This document shows, piece after piece, positions 62,392-64,000 of a stretch of DNA of 64,000 bases (the stretch's first letter is position 1; the number at the start of each line of letters is the position of its first letter). This DNA is from Planctomycetota bacterium (GTDB lineage Bacteria; Planctomycetota; UBA1135; UBA2386). Location: the NCBI GenBank assembly GCA_965223545.1, contig OZ245006.1, positions 224,001-288,000 of the forward strand. The letters run 5' to 3'. The translations under genes were made by a program, and so were the position numbers. Below the pieces are notes generated by a model, which did not search any database, was not told the DNA's origin, and was given only the letters and a program-made list of their open reading frames with translations.

Positions 62392-63999
62392 TCACTCCGG
62401 CCAGAGCTTCGGCACCAGCTGCTCGATGACCTGGCGCAGCTTCGGCAGCGCATCCCGACCACTGGCGGTCAGCGTCAAGTCGCGCACCTCCAGCGGATCG
62501 GTCTTCAAGTTGTAGAGCTCTTCGCCACCGTCGCCGGTGCGGATGTAGTGGATGTCGCCCACCACCACCGAGATGTTGTCGCCCTGCCGCCGGCCTTCGG
62601 TCACCAGCGCTTGCGACAGCACCACGTCGGGCTCCGTGCTGGCATCGTCACCGACGTACCGCAGCAGCGAGTGGCCCTGCAATCCGCCCGCGTCCTCGAT
62701 GCCGACGAGATCCAACACCGTCGCGGCCAGGTTGCGCTGACTCACCGCCTGCTCCACGCGCACGCCGTCGGCCAGCCGCTTGGGATAGTGAACCAACAGG
62801 GGCACCAGCACGCACTGCGTATAGAGGCTGTTGCCGTGGTCGTACAGCTGATGCTCGCCGAACTGCTCGCCGTGGTCGCTGGTGACGATCACGACCGTGT
62901 GGTCCAGCACGCCGGCCTCGCGCAGCCGGTCCAGCAGCAGCGCGATCTCCTGGTCGAGACTTTGGATCGTGCCGTCATAGCACGCGCGCTCGGCCTGCAC
63001 TTGCTCGGGCGTCAACTTCGACCAGTCGTCGGTCTCGATCAAGTTGGTGTCGTAGCGGAACGCTCCGCGCTCGAAGCCGGGCTCCAGTGGATCGAACGCC
63101 GGCGGCGGCAGGTACGGCGAGTGCGCGTCGTACAGATTGAGGAAGGCGAACCACGGCCGGTCCTCGACGGTCGACCGCCAGGCCTCGAACTCGTCGGCCA
63201 CGCGGGCGGCGGTCTTGCGGTTGAGGTTGTCGTGATAGCCCCAGACCTCGCGCAGCGCCTGCCAGTTGGTCAGGGCGCGGCCCCACGACGTGCTCAGCAC
63301 GACCTGGCCCGCGGTCACCGGGTGGTCTTCGTAGTGCGCGAAACCGCGGCTCAAACCGACCTCCCAGCTGCAGTAGTTGAGGTTGGCGACGAAACCGCCG
63401 CAGGCGTAGCCGTTCTTGGCCAGCACTTCGGCCAGGGTCGGTGGCGTCGACTCCAGCGGATCGGCCCAATTGGCGCGAAACTCGTGGTGGAACAGGCCGG
63501 TGAACATGCTCGCGTGGCTGGGCAGAGTCCACGGAGAGGTCGAGAACGCGCGGTCGAAGACCACCGACGCGTTGGCCAGCTGGTCGAGCCGCGGGGTGGT
63601 GGGATGCTCGTAGCCGTGCAGGCTCAGACTCTCGGCGCGCACGGTGTCGAGCACGATCAGCAAGACGTTGGGCCGGCCCGGCGTCGCCGCCGGCAGGCCC
63701 GCGACCTCCTGCTGCCCCTGCCAGGCTCGCCACCACGGCACCGCGAAGGCCGCGACCGGAAGCGACACCGCCGCCACCACGCCGACGCGGCGGGCCAACC
63801 GCAGCCAGCTGCCGCGCCGCGCGAAGCCGCGCCCGAGCTGGATGCCGACGCCGAGGGCGACGGCACCGCTCGCCGCGGGGTGGATCTCGTCGAACAGCAG
63901 CAGAACCGACAGCACGGCGAGACCGAAACCCAAACCGGCGACGACCGCCGGCCGGCGGAGCGGTCGCACGGCGGTTCCCAACACCCACAGGACCGCGGC
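62392..63999 (-). CDS. Membrane-anchored sulfatase-like hydrolase/transferase; 5'-truncated by the window
   Basis: N-terminal TM segments; 'PNVLLIVLDTVRA', 'SPWTLPSHASMFTG', 'DAHSPY', 'TSDHGE', 'ELYNL..DP.E'. Frame is open to the window end. Confidence 0.88.
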   Translation of the reverse strand, partial: AAVLWVLGTAVRPLRRPAVVAGLGFGLAVLSVLLLFDEIHPAASGAVALGVGIQLGRGFARRGSWLRLARRVGVVAAVSLPVAAFAVPWWRAWQGQQEVAGLPAATPGRPNVLLIVLDTVRAESLSLHGYEHPTTPRLDQLANASVVFDRAFSTSPWTLPSHASMFTGLFHHEFRANWADPLESTPPTLAEVLAKNGYACGGFVANLNYCSWEVGLSRGFAHYEDHPVTAGQVVLSTSWGRALTNWQALREVWGYHDNLNRKTAARVADEFEAWRSTVEDRPWFAFLNLYDAHSPYLPPPAFDPLEPGFERGAFRYDTNLIETDDWSKLTPEQVQAERACYDGTIQSLDQEIALLLDRLREAGVLDHTVVIVTSDHGEQFGEHQLYDHGNSLYTQCVLVPLLVHYPKRLADGVRVEQAVSQRNLAATVLDLVGIEDAGGLQGHSLLRYVGDDASTEPDVVLSQALVTEGRRQGDNISVVVGDIHYIRTGDGGEELYNLKTDPLEVRDLTLTASGRDALPKLRQVIEQLVPKLWPE

Positions 64000-64000
64000 G

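Overview
A 64-kb, very GC-rich bacterial chromosomal segment. The gene content (ECF sigma factor/WD40 Ser-Thr kinase pair, FG-GAP proteins, prenyltransferase-repeat protein) suggests an uncultured Planctomycetota-like organism, which is an inference. The left and centre hold housekeeping and envelope genes: NifU-like, GH2, M32 carboxypeptidase, HtrA, arylsulfotransferase, thiC, CvpA-family, pentaheme cytochrome, a YeeE/YedE pair, a heavy-metal RND pump, ArsS radical SAM with its peroxidase-like partner, purC-purE-mtnA, uppP and ald. A tRNA-Val(GAC) at 40735-40811 is followed by a decayed phage-like remnant and an accessory region of about 15 kb. Two signals stand out. (1) At 59525-60463 a gene missed by the ORF track encodes a signal peptide, two tandem in-frame TGA codons followed by an fdhF-type SECIS-like hairpin, a Gly/Pro linker and a CxxC thioredoxin-like domain; it is a candidate exported Sec-Sec selenoprotein. 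(2) Two diverged copies of a ~200-bp TGAG-bounded structured element (50452-50656, 53625-53823) are inserted into coding sequence. No CRISPR array, rRNA, integrase or transposase was seen. All calls come from reading motifs by eye, without database searches.
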